The notes beneath the pieces were generated by a model that saw only the letters and a list, made by a program, of their open reading frames with translations, searched no databases and was not told the origin of the DNA. Shown one piece after another: positions 23,922 through 37,078 of a stretch of DNA of 64,000 nt. Source of the DNA: Centroscyllium fabricii (Eukaryota); assembly GCA_051313645.2 (NCBI GenBank), contig JBNRSN020000001.1, forward strand, positions 523,714,001 through 523,778,000. Direction: 5' to 3'. How positions within the stretch are numbered: the first letter of the stretch is position 1; each line of letters opens with the position of its first letter. The position numbers were made by a program, and so were the translations under genes.

Positions 23922-24274
23922 TACATTTCTTCAAAGGGATTGCAAAACATAAAATGATTTGTGGTGTCAACATCTACACATGTCCCTAAGCTAAACTATA
24001 TATTCACAGATCTACATGACCTGCCCAAACAAATTGTGCCTTTGAACACTGGGACATTGATCTATATCTACATCCACGTGAGCCCCTGATCTTGGCCATG
24101 AGAAGATGACTGGATGCCAGTCCCTTCCTCATCAGATTAGGAGGGAGAGGGGGCAGGAAATATTCTTGTGTGTGCATAGTAACCAGTCACAATTGGTGGA
24201 AATCTTTGAACTGGTCACATGTCTGTGCTCTTAGCCCAGGAATTATGCTATGTGACAATAATTTTTTCTTAAAT

Positions 24275-24735
24275 TGGTTTATGGGATGTGGACATCACTG
24301 GCAAGGCCAGCATTTATTGCCCATCCCTAGTTGCCCTTGAGAAGGTGGTGGTGAGCCACCACATTGAACCACTGCAATCTGTGTGGTGAAGGTGCTCCCA
24401 CAGTGCTGTTAGGGAGGGAGTTCCAGGATTTTGACCCAGCGACGATGAAGGATCGGCAATATACTTCGAAGTCAGGATGGTGTGTGAATGGAGGGGAATT
24501 TGAAGGTGATGGTGTTCCCATGCACCTGCTGCCCTTGTCCTTCTCAGTGGAAGAGGTCGCGGGTTTGGTTGGTGCTGCTGAAGGAGCCTTGATGAGTTGT
24601 TGCAGTGCATCTTGTAGGTGGTACACACTGCAGCCACGGTATGCCGGTGGTAGAGTTTTTGAATGTTTAAGGTGGTGGATGGGGGCCAATCAAGCGGGCT
24701 GCTTTGTCCTTGATGGTGTCGAGCTTCTTGATTGT
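24275..24735 (-). mobile_element. CR1/L2-group LINE 3' fragment (family with GGGCAATAAATGCTGGCC tail)
   Basis: TVAAVCTTYKMHC motif; same family at 31305-31460, 37872-38574 and 59545-61546. Confidence 0.75.
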
Positions 24736-25311
24736 GAGGGGCAAAAATATCCAGCATTTAAAAATTGAGTTCCTATAATGAAGACTGAATAACAAGACAA
24801 CAGAATTTTGATATACAAGTATTGCTCATGGGTTAATGGGCCAGAAATTCCGATGAGCGCAGGAGGTTTTGGAGCCGGGTGTTAGCACATCCGAGCTCCG
24901 AATTGCAGGGAGCAGCCATTTCCAGCTGCTACCTACATTTCCGAAGGTGGCAAGCAGGGGGTCGTGAGCTGCTGCGAGCTGCTGTGAGCTGGATCACGTT
25001 TGCCTGTGCACCACGAGGTGCGCAGTGCACTTCCGATTATTTTCTGAGTTTTTTATCGGGGTAAGTATTGAAGATTTTACACTTAAAAATATCAGACGTA
25101 AGCACCCGTTTTTAGCAGGTAAGTCTTTATTTTATAGAATTTAAGTATTGTTTTTACAGGTTTTTAATTTTTTTAAACATTAAAGACAGGTAAGTATTCT
25201 TTTAGGCCAGTTAAAGACTTTAAATTTTTATCTAAATTTTAATTTTTTCTTTAAAATAGGTAATTTATGTTAGTTAGAGTTGTGTTTTTTAAATTTTATT
25301 TTTGTGTTTAG

Positions 25312-28300
25312 TGTAGAGGCATGCAGGCCTGAAGAACCACGCTGGACACAGAGGATTCGGAAAACAATCATTTAATGTTCACACAACTAGGGCCAGGTAG
25401 CAAAGAGACTGAGCCACCTGGAACCAAGGGATTTAAAGGACCCGCGGTTGGTGACGTCACTGCCGGGTGTCCACCTGGCGACGTCATCACGCCGGAAGTC
25501 GCGGTGACGTCATCACGCCGCCCGGCGGGCGGGGCCGTCTCGCAGAACTCCCGAGGCGGATTCGATGGTCCTGGTGGGCGTGTCGCCACACAGCTCCCCC
25601 CCAGAATCTGTGAGGGAGAGCGAAGTTTAAGCTAAAGTAGAAAGGAGCATAAAGTAAAATAAAAAAATGGAGCATAAAAGTTGAGTCTCAGGCGAGGTGT
25701 TGAGGTGGCCTGAGGATGCGGCCCGCCCGTGTAGTCTCAGGCGAGGCGTTGAGGTGGCCTGATGATGCGGCCAGCATGTGTCGTGCACTGCTCCTTGTTC
25801 TGCGTGGGAGTGTGGGCGGGCTTTGGTGCGGTAGGGCGTCCGCGCTTTGGTGGCTGCGCGGGGACTATTGTCTCACCCGCCATTAAATGTGCCGGTTTGA
25901 GCCGGTCGATTGAAACAGTCTCAGCTCTGTTGCCCATTTTAATCTGGAACGTTTTAGGACCCGCCCGAAGCACTCTGTACGGTCCGTCGTACGGTGGCTG
26001 TAGTGGTGTTCGATGTGCGTCGTGGCGGACAAACACATACTTGCCATTTTTGATGCCGTCTGGAACACGTGCTGGCGGCTCTCCGTGCCGGGCCACCAGA
26101 AGTGGTTTGAACGCCGCTGCCTGGTTATTGAAGTCTTTGAGGCAGCGGTCGGCTGACCAGGGGGCGTTGGTTTCTGCGACGAACTCGCCTGGTACGGTTA
26201 GGTGTTGGCCATAGACAAGTTCCGCCGCCGAGGCGTGCAGGTCTTCCTTAGCCGCTGAATGCAGGCCGAACATTACCCAGGGCAGGCGGTCGGTCCAGGT
26301 CGCATCTTTGAGGCTGGCCCGCAAGGAAGCTTTGATGGAGCGGTGGAACCGTTCGCAGAGGCCATTGGCCTGTGGGTGGTAGGTGGTGGTTCAGTGCAGG
26401 GTTGCCCCGAGGTCGTGGGCGATGGTTGCCCATAGGGTTGAGGTAAATTGGGGGCCCCTGTCTGATGTGATGTCGGTGGGGACGCCAAAACGTGCGACCC
26501 AGGTGGCAATGAAGGCCCTGGCCAGATCCGCGGTGGTGGTAGCGGTGAGGGGGACCGCTTCTGGCCAGCGGGTGCTGCGGTCGACCATGGTCATGACATG
26601 TGTATGTCCCCGTGATGGTGGTAGTGGTCCGACCAGGTCGATGTGGATGTGGCTAAAGCGTCTAGCTGGGATGGCGATCATTTCCACTGGTGCCTTGATG
26701 TGCTTGTGCACCTTGGCGCGCTGGCAGGCATTCCAGGTGTTGGTCCAGGCGCGGACATCCTTGCGCAGGCCGCGCCAAACGAATCATGCAGAGATCAGCT
26801 TTGTGGACGCGCGGACACCGGGGTGGGACAGGTCATGGAGGGTCTGGAAGATGTGTCGCCTCCATGCGTGGGGGACGACGGGTCTGGGCTGCGGGAGGGA
26901 GACGTCGCAGCGGACCTCCGTGGCTGTGGGCCCGTGTGCTACGGTGGCCAAGAGCAGGCCGGGGAGGTTCGTAGCTGGGTCGAGCAGATCGGGGTCGGTC
27001 AGTTGGTCGGCCGCCAGTTTGGCGTAGTCGACGGCCGTTTGAACGGAGTTGATGGTGGGGCGTGACAGGCAGTCAGCAACCACGTTGTCGCGGCCGGCGA
27101 TGTGCTGTATGTCGGTGGTAAACTCCGACACAGCCGCGAGCTGGCGCTGCTGCCTGGCCGACCAGGGTTCGGAGATCTTAGCCATTGCTGACACGAGTGG
27201 CTTGTGATCCACGAAGGCTGTAAAGTGGCGGCCCTCTAGGAGGAAGCGGAAGTGGCGCACTGCGAGGTAGAGAGCGAGTAGCTCCCTATCGAAGGCGCTG
27301 TACTTGACCTCCGGGGGCCGGAGTTGTCGGCTGAAAAAGGCCAGGGGTTGCCAGGAGTCGCCTGTCCACTGCTCGTAGACCGCTCCGACGGCGCGGTCGG
27401 AGGCGTCGGTGGTGAGGGCTACTCTGGCGTTGGGCCTAGGGTGGCTGAGGAGCGTGGCGTTAGCCAGGGCGGTTTTGGTTGCGGTAAAGGCGGTGGAGGC
27501 TTCGGCCGTCCACTCGACCGCAGCCTTGTTGGACTGCCCGCGGGTGGCCTGATAGAGGGGTGCCATGAGAGCGGCTGCTCCTGGGATGAAGCGGTTATAG
27601 AAGTTAACCATCCCGAGGAATTCCTGCAGCCCCTTGATGGAGTGCGGGCGGGGGAATTCCTGAACCGCCTGCACCTTGGAGGGCAGGGGTATGGCCCCGG
27701 TCTGGGAGATGTGGTGGCCGAGGAAGTCGATCGTCTCGAGGCCGAATCGACATTTGGAGGTGCTTAATATAAGGCCGTGTTCGGCCAGGCGGTTGAAAAG
27801 GGCCCTGAGATGGAGGAGGTGTTCCTGGGGGGAGGTGCTGGCCACGAGGATGTCATCTAGGTAGACGAATGTGAACTGCAAGTCCCGCAGGACTGAGTCC
27901 ATGAGGCGCTGGAAGGCCTGGGCCGCGTTTTTAAGTCCGAAGGGCATTCGGAGGAATTCAAATAATCTAAATGGGGTAATGACGGCTGTCTTAGGGACGT
28001 CCGCCGGGTGCACTGGTACCTGGTGGTAGCCCCGTACCAGGTCGTGCTTGGAAAAGACCGTGCAGCCGGCTAGCCTTGCTGAGAAATCTTGGATGTGGGG
28101 GACGGGGTACCTGTCCGGGGTGGTGGCGTTGTTGAGGCGGCGGTAGTCTCCGCAGGGGCGCCAGCCGCCGCCGGGTTTGGGGGCAATGTGGAGGGGGGAG
28201 GCCCAGGGGCTGCTGGAGCGGCTGATTATGCCGAGTTGTTCCATGGTGCGGAACTCAGCGCGCGCGATCTCCAGCTTGGCCGGGTCCAGCCTACGTGCGT

Positions 28301-29938
28301 GGGCATGGACTGGGGGGCCTGTGGTGGTGATGTGGTGCTCCACCCCGTGCTTGGCCGTACGGGCTGTGAAGGTGGGGTTGGTGAGGGCTGGGAACTCCGC
28401 GAGGAGCGTGCCGTACGTGCCGGAGTTCCGGGCTCGGCAGTGGGACGCTGTGTGGGCCTGGTGTGCCGGCCCTGTGGAGCATGGGATGGTCGACATGTTG
28501 TGGATGTCGACCAGGCGGTGTCGGGTAACGTCGACCAGGAGGCCGTGGGCGCACAGAAAGTCGGCCCCGAGTAGGGGTATTTTGACTTGGGCTGTGATGA
28601 AATCCCACTTGTACGTGTGGCCTGCTAGCTTGATGGTAAGCTGGCGGGTGCCGAACGTAACTATCTCGGAGCCGTTTGCGGCTTCGAGTGGTGGGCCTTG
28701 GGTGCCTTGCTTGGTTTCTGCGGGGGAGGCTGGCACGATGCTGTGCTGCGCGCCTGTGTCGCAGAGGAAGCGGAGGCCTGAGCCACTGTCCGTGACGAAG
28801 AGCAGTGCTCCGGAGCGGCCTACGGACATGGTGGGGCTTGGGCTGGTTTGGGGTTTGAAGGTGCAGGGCTGGACGCAGCGCTGCGCTTTAGCTTGAAACC
28901 TGGTGTGGTAGTAGCACCAGCCGGGGCCTGTGGTGCGTGGCTTTTTACGGGTCCGCACCGGTCTGGGTTGGGACCTGGGGCCGGGCCTGGGGTGCGCGTA
29001 GTACTGCTCCGGTGGAGCGGCGGTGGGTTGGCACGTGGCGGCTCGGGTGCGCTCGGCCCTCATCAGCTTGTCGGCCTCCTGAGCCAGTTGCTCCTTGGTA
29101 TAGTGCTCAAGGACCGTCAGAGACGGTCTGACGGAGGGGGGCAGTTTAAGGAGGAACAAGGCGCGCTTAATGGTGGCCGGGTCACAATTGAGCGCTTCCA
29201 TTTGGGCCCAGAGGTCCGATGGGTCTGCGTCCCCGAGTTCGGGGAGGTTAATGAGCTGGCAGTCGCGCTCAAATTGGGTGGGGGTGAAATTTTGTAGCAG
29301 CGCGGCCTTAAGCGTTTCATACCTGCCAGCGGTTGGTTCGTGCTGTATGGATGACCACATTCGGTCGATCGTGGGCTGTGAAAGGGCCGCGAAGAGCAGG
29401 CTGTATCGATCGTCCCCCTGCACGCCATGTATGCGGTAGGTGTTCTCTGTGTTGAGGAACCAGGCCGCTGGACGGAGTTCCCAGAACTCTGGTAAGTTTG
29501 GGATTTGGCCGTAGTTCTGGCCCCGTCTGTGGAGTCGTGCTGTTTGGCTCCCTGCTGGCATGGTGGTTGTGATTCAACTGAGGCAGCTTGGCCCTCAGTC
29601 CTGCAGCAACTGCTTCATTATGTTCCCTTGGAATTCGTTCCAAGTATCGAGGTCACCACTGTAGAGGCATGCAGGCCTGAAGAACCACGCTGGACACAGA
29701 GGATTCGGAAAACAATCATTTAATGTTCACACAACTAGGGCCAGGTAGCAAAGAGACTGAGCCACCTGGAACCAAGGGATTTAAAGGACCCACGGTTGGT
29801 GACGTCACTGCCGGGTGTCCACCTGGCGACGTTATCACGCCGGAAGTCGCGGTGACGTCATCACACCGCCCGGCGGGCGGGGCCATCTCGCAGTACTCCC
29901 GAGGCGGATTCGATGGTCCTGGTGGGCGTGTCGCCACA
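25312..29938 (-). mobile_element. Full-length Gypsy LTR retrotransposon 2 (CsRn1-like)
   Basis: 279-bp LTRs 25312-25590 and 29660-29938 (about 5 differences); TSD TTAG/CTAG; PBS TGGTGACCTCG (tRNA-Trp-like); PPT next to the 3' LTR. Confidence 0.97.
25737..29561 (-). pseudogene. gag-pol polyprotein of Gypsy-2; 925 codons open, then two in-frame TGA stops in the integrase
   Basis: CHCC gag motif, DTGA protease, YLDD RT, TDAS RNase H, integrase DDE/GPY; one frame, 1275 codons. Confidence 0.93.
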
Positions 29939-31499
29939 CTAGATGTGTTTTTGAAGCTCTTCCTTTTCAAATCTTACACAGATTTCTCCATGTAAGTTTT
30001 GAATGGAGGATTGCTTCCATTGATTGGCTCCCTGCCGATCACGTGGTCTCGTGCGATGTCTCGGACTAACTGCGCCGTTGAGCTGCACCAGCAGGTCGCT
30101 TAGAGCTTTCAGCAGTTGTATAACTTGGGAGTTCACATCGTAGAATTTCAAAACGTCAAAAGTGCAGGGTAAGTGTACCTTGGAGCCTTGCACTCACAGG
30201 AAGGCTCCAAGGCTAATTTCTGGGCCAATATCTGATCAGCAAAACTTACAATTCATTAATCACAGCGCTGAATTGAAGACTGGCATTTGTTTTATGAAAC
30301 ACTGAATCAGTTCCAGGTGCTTCCTGAACCTATATTTTATACAAGTCAGTCAAATGCGTCCAGTCCTATTAAATTCCTGGATCTTTCTGTCTGGATAAAA
30401 ACACAGATTACAGGAAACACACGTGTCTTAAGATTACTCTAACTTTCCAATTCTGCAGCAGCTGCTGATTGCATCCATTTTATTTCTCATTAAAGAGAAC
30501 GGTTCATTACAAGTAGAATAGGTGTTAATTTCCTCTCTGTCAGTGTTTTCAGGCTTGTTTACCTGGGAACCCAAGTGTAACTAAAGAAAAATTCCCACAG
30601 CATGTGGCGAGAGATCTTGGTGGGGCGACAGAGAGCTGCACTGCTTAAAGATGCAGCCTCACATCTCAAAACCCCAAGGTTTAATTATCATGTGCAGCCT
30701 AGTGTAGAATCAGAAGGTCTCTGTGGTAGATGAGCATTTGTCAGATTGATGACCCACAAAGAGGGGGAGGGAATGGAAAAAAATGAAAAGATTTTACAAT
30801 ATAAGCAGAGTCTGGCACAGAAGCCTTTTTAATTTGATATTTTAGTCTTCTAGAATGTTAACTAATAATAATAATTAAATGTTGATTGAATTCACAATTG
30901 GAACTATTCTGTGAGAATTATGCAGCATTACATTGCACATTTTTTGGAGATGGTAGTTGGAAATTTAAGATTATCGACGAGCAATTCAATTAGAAGAATT
31001 TATAATAGAAAGTGTTGGGTGTTTTCACTTTTTAGCAGGTCATGTTAGAAATACCAGTTCTTGTGTGACATCGGTGTTGCCCCAATTGACAGCTGTGCAA
31101 AGGAAGTGGAGATACCTTCTCATGCCAGGTGTCCATCACGTGAACATTGCCCAAAATTGGTCATGGATGTGTGCGCAATATATAACATTCTGCTCTCGTC
31201 TTTAACTATTTCTGGCAAACTAATAGGAGGCTTGGTCCTTAGTTCTTAAGTGATACCTTTACTGGGGAGAATGAGTAAGAATGAGTTTCATCAGGTCAGA
31301 ATCCTGACACTCCCTCCCTAACAGCGCTGCGGGAGCACCTTCACCACACAGACTGCAGCGGTTCAAGAAGGCGGCTCACAACCACCTTCTCAAGGGCAAT
31401 TAGAAATGGGCAATAAATGCTGGCCTTGCCAGCGACGCCCACATCCCAAAAATGAATTAACAGCAGGTTTCACGTTAAAAAGACATGGCGGTGAATGTC

Positions 31500-31940
31500 A
31501 GCTGTGGCTCAGTGGGTAGCACACTCACCTCCGAGTCAGAAGGTTGTGGGTTCACTCCAGGGACTTGAACACATAAAGCTAGGCTGACACTCCAGTGGAA
31601 TGCTGAGGGAGCGCTGCGCTGTCGGAAGAGCCGTCTTTCGGATGAGACGTTAAACTGAGGCCCCGTCTGCTCTCTCAGGTGGGCGTAAAAGATCCCCATG
31701 GTGCTATTTCAAATAAGAGAAGGGGGAGTCATCCCCGGTGTCCTGGGCCAATATTTATCCCTCAACCAACATAACAAAAACAGATTATCTGGCCATTAAC
31801 ACATTGCTGTTTGTGGGAACTTACTGTTCGCAGATTGGCTGCCGCGTTTCCCAGATTACAACAGTGACTACACTTTAAAAGTACTTCATTGGCTCTAAAG
31901 TGGTTGTGAAAGGCGCTATATAAATGTAAGTCTTTCTTTC
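31500..31940 (+). mobile_element. Deu-domain SINE
   Basis: tRNA head GTGGCTCAGTGG; Deu core GATGAGACGTTAAA...GATCCC...ATTGCTGTTTGTGGG; L2-type tail GCGCTATATAAATG. Confidence 0.85.
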
Positions 31941-31999
31941 CACCGTATGCAAATTTATCTCTTAGCAATACAGGTACCAGTGGGACGATGGGCATACAA

Positions 32000-32220
32000 T
32001 TCAATTCAATTCAATTCAATGTTATTGTCATTGCACAGTCTATAATCACAGTGCAACGAAAAGTGAGCTCGCCAGCTCCCAGGACATGGGTACTTGGAAC
32101 TTTCACCAGCTGTACAACTCGGGAGTTCACAGCGTAGAATTTCAAAACGGCAAAAGTGCAGGGTAAGTGTAACTAGGAGCCTTGCACTCGCAGGAAGGCT
32201 CCAAGGCTAATTTCTGGGCC
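32000..32220. mobile_element. Rex1-type 3' tail (minus strand, about 32000-32085) plus the right end of a Harbinger-group MITE (32105-32220)
   Basis: (AATTC)n tail; MITE end AATTTCTGGGCC followed by ATT. Confidence 0.6.
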
Positions 32221-32540
32221 ATTGAGTTATAGAAACATAGAAACATAGAAGATAGGAGCAGGAGTAGGCCATTCGGCCCTTCGAGCCTGCTCCGCCATTA
32301 AATGAGATGATGGCTGATCATCCAAACCCAGCACCCCGTCCCTGCCTTCTCCCCATATACCTCGACCCCTATCGAGCCTGCATTGACACATATCCCATCC
32401 TATCCCCGTAACCCCACATATTCAATCTCCCTAACACTAAGGATCAATTTATCCTGGTCAATCAACCTAACCTGCACATCTTTAGACTGTGGGAGGAAAC
32501 CGGAGCACCCGGAGGAAACCCACGCAGACACGGGGAGAAT

Positions 32541-34230
32541 CATAGAATCATAGAATCATAGAAACTTTACAGTGCGGATAAAGGCCATTCGGCCCATCCA
32601 GTCCGCACCGGCCCGGGAAACTCCTCACTATACTAACCCCATTTACCCGCATCTGGCCCATAACCCTGTATGTTACGGTCCTTCATGTGCTGGTCCAAAT
32701 ATTTTTTAAATGTTGCGATGGTTTCTGCCTCCACCACCCTTACAGGCAGGGAGTTCCACACTTCCACCACCCTCTGAGTAAAGAAATTTCTCCTTACCTC
32801 CCCCCTAAACCTCCCCCCACTAATCTTGAATCTATGTCCCCTGGTACTTGACTCTCCCACCAAGGGAAACAATGCCCCTTTATCCACCTTATCGTGTCCT
32901 CTCATGATCCTGTATACCTCGATCATGTCACCCCTCAATCTTCTCTTCTCCAAGGCAAACAACCCCAGCCTGTCCAGCCTTTCCTCGTAGCATAAGTCCC
33001 CCAGACCAGGTATCATCCTGGTAAACCTTCTCTGCACCCTCTCCAGGGCAACCACATCCTTCCTGAAGTGCGGTGACCAGAACTGCACACAATACTCCAG
33101 CTGAGGTCTCACCAGCGTGTTATACAAGTTTAACATTACCTCCCTACTTTTGTACACTATGCCCTGGTTAATAAAGGCCAGAATTCCGTATGCCTTCTTA
33201 ACCACCTTGTTTACGTGTCCAGCAACCTTCAGGGAGCTGTGCACCTGTACCCCAAGGTCCCTCTGTTCCTCGGTCCTACCTAACGTTTTTTTGTTCATGG
33301 TATATTCCCTTACCCCATTTGGTCTGCCGAATTGTATGACCTCGCATTTCTCTGGGTTGAACTCCATTTGCCATTTTTCTGCCCAACTAACCATTACATT
33401 TATATCTTCCTGGAGCCTTTTACTATCTTCTTCGTTATTTACCACCCTTCCAATTTTCGTATCATCAGCAAATTTGCTGATCGTTCCCCCTACTCCCGTG
33501 TCCAAATCATTAATGTATACTAGAAACAGTAAGGGTCCCAAAACCGATCCTTGGGGGACACCGCTGGTTACTGGTTTCCAGTCACAGAAGCAGCCCTCTA
33601 CCATTACCCTTTGTCTCCTGTCCCCCAGCCAATTTTGAATCCACTGTGCCACGTTGCCCTGTATCCCATGTGCTTTTACCTTTGTTATCAGTCTCCTATG
33701 TGGGACTTTATCAAAAGCCTTGCTGAAGTCCATATACACCACGTCGACCGTACTCCCTTCATCCACCCTTTTTGTTACCTCTTCGAAGAATTCCAAGAGA
33801 TTAGTTAGGCACGACTTACCTTTGACGAAGCCATGTTGACTATCTCTTATCAGACCCTGCCTTTCCAAATGCAGACTGATTTTGTCCCTCAGAATTTTTT
33901 CCATTACTTTCCCCACTACAGATGTAAGACTGATTGGCCTATAGTTACCCGGTTTGTCCCTACTACCCTTTTTAAACAGGGGTACTACATTAGCCGTTCT
34001 CCAGTCCTCGGGTACCTCCCCTGACGCGAGAGAGGACCTGAAGATTTGAGACAGGGGGCCCGCAAGCTCTTCCCTGGCCTCGAACAGCAGCCTGGGGAAC
34101 ATCGCGTCCGGCCCTGGTGATTTGTCTACCTTTAAGCTTCCCAAGATTTCTAGTACTTCTTCCCTTGTAATGGTAATATCCTCGATTACCCCCCCTACAT
34201 TCTGTCCGATTACGATGTCGGTTCCGTCCC
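32541..34230 (-). mobile_element. Young 5'-truncated CR1 LINE
   Basis: (TTCTATGA)n tail; uninterrupted RT frame. Confidence 0.95.
32633..34230 (-). CDS. CR1 ORF2 reverse transcriptase region, open but lacking its own start
   Basis: QHGF, DFSKAFD, GVPQGSVLGP, FADD motifs with no stops; the listed start codon lies in the flanking SINE. Confidence 0.85.
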
Positions 34231-34845
34231 TGCAAACTCCACACAGATAGTCACCCGAGGCCGGATTTGAACCCGGGTCTCCAGTGCTGTGAGGCAACAG
34301 TGCTAACCACTATGCCACCATGCCGAGTTAATTATACAGAGTTATGGATAAATAATAAATAAATAGATAAATGAATAAAGAGTGCAAATAGCATTTCAAA
34401 GAGTAGATGAGCAAGTGCTGGGGGGCAAAAGGGCTGTTAATGTTAATACCGTACTCTGACTACATGCCCTTATAAAAAGTGTAATTTTACTGTCAGAAAA
34501 TATCACCCATGTCCCCCTCAGCCTAGTGGCTAAAGGTTCCACCAGTTGTGTCAGAAAACCAAGCAGACCAGAAGCTCTCGGGTTTGCTACCCACACACAT
34601 GCACTTTGAAGCAGGGTTCAGTGATACCAGTCAGGACTGGTAACCCTGTCGAAGGTGCTGATGGAGGCCAATTGTGGCGCCCTAACTGTTACTCTGACTA
34701 AGATCACAAAAGACTGGAACTGAACCTGAGAAAGTATGATCCCTTTTGTTCAGTGCAACGTTGAGTGAGGCCTTTAGACACTAGACCATTAGAAAACTTC
34801 AAAAATATTTTCAAAGTGTTTAAAAAAAAAACAATGTCAGGCATC

Positions 34846-35238
34846 GGCGGCACGGTGGCATAGTGGTTAGCACTGTTGCCTCACAGCGCTGGAGACCCGG
34901 GTTCAAATCCGGCCTCGGGTACTATCTGTGTGGAGTTTGCACATTCTCCCCGTGTCTGCGTGGGTTTCCTCCGGGTGCTCCGGTTTCCTCCCACAGTCCA
35001 AAGATGTGCGGGTTAGGTTGATTGGCCATGATAAATTGACCCTTAGTGTTAGGGAGATTGAATATGTGGGGTTACAGGGATAGGGTGGGATATGTGTCAG
35101 TGGAGGCTCGATAGGGATATGGGGGGTGGGCAGGGGCAGGGTACTGGGTTTGGATGATCAGCCATGATCTCATTGAATGGCGGAGCAGGCTCGAAGAAAC
35201 AATGGCCTACTCCTGCTCCTATCTTCTATGTTTCTATC
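34846..35238 (+). mobile_element. HE1-like V-SINE
   Basis: Full-length copy. Confidence 0.9.
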
Positions 35239-35651
35239 TCAAATTTTGGCTCCAGCAGTTACTGTATATAAAATGAAGGCACTCTTAGGTGAGTTAAGAG
35301 GTACAATCGCAGTTCTAGGTTAACAAATCTCTGCCTATCACTTCCTGCTTTGTAGGCACTCTAGGGCCAATTAACAAAAGCATGCATTTCTTTTTGAGGC
35401 TTGGAGTGGTTTATCTTAGTTTTTCACGACCCCAAACGGAATGTAGACAGCAGCCTGGTTAACGACAAAGTTAACTTTCCAAATGGTGAGGTGCAGAGGA
35501 AGCAGCAGTGTTACTGATGTATTCCAGGTTTGGCTTTGATGGGCTCAAAGTCAAAGGTAATTGAACAAAATGAGACCAGGCTACTACTCCTGGGACATTC
35601 ACATCATTCCCAAAGAGGCGCTGCACCAGTATAACTGCCCAGAGCCATTTG

Positions 35652-37078
35652 ATAGAAACATAGAAACATAGAAAATAGGTGCAGGAGTAGACCATTCGGC
35701 CCTTCGAGCCTGCATCGCCATTCAACACGTTCATGGCTGAACATGCTACATCAGTACCCCGTTCCTGCTTTCTCGCCATATCCCTTGATCTCCCTCGTTG
35801 TAAGTATTACATCTAACTCCCTTTTGAATATATTTAGTGAACTGGCCTCAACAACTTTCTGTGGTAGAGAATTCCACAGGTTCACCACTCTCTGGGTGAA
35901 GAAGTTTCTCCTCATCTCGGTCCTAAATGGCTTACCCCTTATCCTTAGTCTGTGCCCCCTGGTTCTGGACTTCCCCAACATTGGGAACATTCTGCCTGCA
36001 TCTAACCTGTCTAAACCGGTCATTATTTTAAACGTTTCTATGAGATCCCCCCTCATTCTTCTGAACTCCAGAGAGTACAAGTTCAGTTGATCCAGTCTTT
36101 CTTGATATGTCAGTCCGGCCATCCCGGGAATCAATCTAGTAAACCTTCTCTGCACTCCCTCAATAGCAAGAATGTCCTTCCTCAAGTTAGGAGACCAAAA
36201 CTGCACACAATACTCCAAGTGTGGCCTCACCAAGGCCGTGTACAACTGCAGCAACACCTCCTTACTCCTGTACTCAAATCCCCTCGCTATGAAGGCCAAC
36301 ATGCCACCTGCTTTCTTAATTGCCTGCCGTACCTGCATTTCCCCCTTCAGTGATTGATGTACCATGATGCCCAGGTCTCGTTGCACCTCCCCTTTCCCTA
36401 ATCTGTCACCATTCAGATAATAGTCTGTCTCTCTATTTTTACCACCAAAGTGGATAACCTCACATTTATCCACATTGTACTTCATCTGCCATACATTTGC
36501 CCATTCACCTAACCTGTCCAAATCACTCTGTAGCCTCTTAGCATCCTCCTCGCAGCTCACGCTGCCTCCCAATTTAGTGTCATCCGCAAATTTGGAGATA
36601 CAACATTTAATCCCTTCATCCAAATCATTAATATATAATGTAAACAGCTGGGGCCCCAGCACCGAACCTTGCGGTACCCCGCTGGACACTGCCTGCCATT
36701 CTGAAAACTGCCCATTTACTCCTACTCTTTGTTTCCTGTGTGCCAACCTGTTCTCAATCCACCTCAACACATTACCCCCAATCCCATGTGCTTTAACTTT
36801 GCACACCAATCTCTTGTGTGGGACCTTGTCGAAAGCCTTCGGAAAGTCCAAGTACACCACATCTACTGGTTCTCCCCTGTCCATTCTACTGGAAACATCC
36901 TCAAAAAATTCCAGAAGATTTGTCAAGCATGATTTCCCTTTCGTAAATCCATGCTGACTTGGACCTATCATGTCACCACTTTCCAAATGGTCTGCTATGA
37001 CATCCTTAATAATTGATTCCATCATTTTATCCACTACCGATGTCAGGCTGTAATTCCCTGTTTTCTCCCTCCCTCCCT
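35652..37078 (-). mobile_element. CR1 LINE, 5'-truncated, with open RT frame (35751 to about 37070)
   Basis: QHGF, GVPQGSVLGP, FADDTK motifs; (TTTCTATG)n tail. Confidence 0.93.

Larger units (their letters stand above)
24838..30226 (+). mobile_element. Harbinger-group-like MITE split by Gypsy-2 (24838-25311, 29939-30226)
   Basis: TIR GGGCCAGAAATT...AATTTCTGGGCC; TSD AAT on both sides. Confidence 0.8.
32231..34325 (-). mobile_element. HE1-like SINE split by a CR1 (32231-32540, 34231-34325)
   Basis: SINE sequence resumes (GGGGAGAAT...TGCAAACTCC) across the CR1. Confidence 0.88.
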
